A DNA stretch of 64,000 nucleotides from Asterias rubens. Taxonomy: Eukaryota. Below are positions 62,901 to 64,000 of the stretch, in pieces. A program made the translations under genes and the position numbers. The stretch is from contig NC_047069.1 in assembly GCF_902459465.1 (NCBI RefSeq), positions 9,548,001 to 9,612,000 of the forward strand, written 5' to 3'. Numbering within the stretch: the first letter of the stretch is position 1; each line of letters opens with the position of its first letter. A model generated the notes under the pieces. That model saw nothing but the letters and a program-made list of their open reading frames with translations, ran no database searches and was not told where the DNA came from.

Positions 62901-63420
62901 AACCCCCAGTGGTCTGTCCTTTTTGGACTATAGGCAAACAAATTTGTCATTATGGCTAAAACAAAGCAAATGTTGTCGGAGCAATATCTTGCGAAGAACT
63001 TGTCATATCAACTCCTAACTTGGTTTGTTGACTGGTCTATATCAACTCCTAACTTGGTTTGTTGACTGGTCTTTGTTTGTGGATTGGTTTTGGGATTCCC
63101 CCCCCCTCCCCCAGAGTCCCTGTTTGACTATAGGCAGGAAAAATTGTCATTATGGCTTAAAGGCAGTGGACACTATTGGTAATTACTCAGAAGTACTTGT
63201 CATATCAACTCCAAACTTGGTTTTTGGATTACATGTAGTCTTTGTTTGTGGATTGGTTTTGGGATCACCAAGAAGCATATTGGTTTTGAACCCAAGGCCA
63301 AACCTTTAGGCCATTATGACTATAAAACAAAGAAATTGTTGTCTGAGCAGTATTTGAAGAAGTACTTGTCATATCAAGTCCGAACTTGGTTTGTGGATTG
63401 GTCCACGAGGACCATGCACA
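62860..63420. repeat. Degenerate ~170-bp repeats with an embedded Kolobok-type TIR fragment (63157-63195)
   Basis: GTCATATCAACTCC.AACTTGGTTT and TTGACTATAGGCA..AAATTGTCATTATGGCT recur. Confidence 0.65.
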
Positions 63421-64000
63421 ATAGTGAAAAATCAACAAGGTGGGGGATAGGCAAATTAAGTTCAAATCTTGGCTATTTGGTCTCCACCTGGGACGATAAC
63501 ATTTGCCGAAGCAGCTCGAAAAAATATCTCACCATGGCTGAGTACGGGGCACCAACTCTCTTCAGCGAAAAATTTGACTTTCGGGGTATTTTTGGTTAAA
63601 TGGCTGTTAATTTCCTTAAACTTCATCAATAAGTGTTGACTTATACATCAAAAGAAAGAGTGGGTGGGGGGGGGGGGTTGGTGGGGGGGCACATCCCCTC
63701 ATTTACACAGTGGGGGACACTATCAAAAGTGCCTATATTGCACCAGGAGCACTTACGACCTGAAATTGTCCTCCGGGCCCTAATGCTGGCCCTGAACCAT
63801 ACAGCGTAAATGACATAACTCCCGTTATCTCCCCACCCTACATTTCAAGATGAATTGACGCCCATGATTTCCTCATAGGGTAATAAGAGGTTTGTTTCAT
63901 GTCCAATTCATAGGTACTGCTGTAAAGCAAGGCATTAAGGGTTCATATTTGAACACCAAACTGCTAAATAAACATAATAAGGCAAACATTGGCTACTGCT

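Noticed and set aside
63655-63695. G-rich run as a G-quadruplex regulatory element
   Set aside because: Simple homopolymer tracts like this occur repeatedly in the window without functional context.

Overview
AT-rich animal DNA, about two-thirds repeats and transposons, with no intact host gene that I can support. The repeat families resemble those I associate with asteroid sea stars; this is an unverified inference. The clearest element is a complete, very young Ty3/Gypsy provirus at 30337-39834. It has 1.4-kb LTRs differing at only 4 positions, a CATG target-site duplication, a tRNA-Thr-like PBS, a PPT, and intact gag and pol joined by a G GGA AAC -1 frameshift. Each LTR carries an exact 93-bp direct repeat bracketing a 1076-nt GT...AG intron-like segment. 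The provirus lies in a ~15-kb nest of RTE LINE fragments and LTR-like relics. Other content: an unprocessed SLC25A3 (mitochondrial phosphate carrier) pseudogene on the minus strand (45176-47227), two decayed hammerhead-ribozyme motifs, satellite-built fold-back palindromes, several minisatellites, two tRNA-derived SINE families, LINE 3' remnants and many MITEs. All comparisons were made by eye; no database search or folding program was run.
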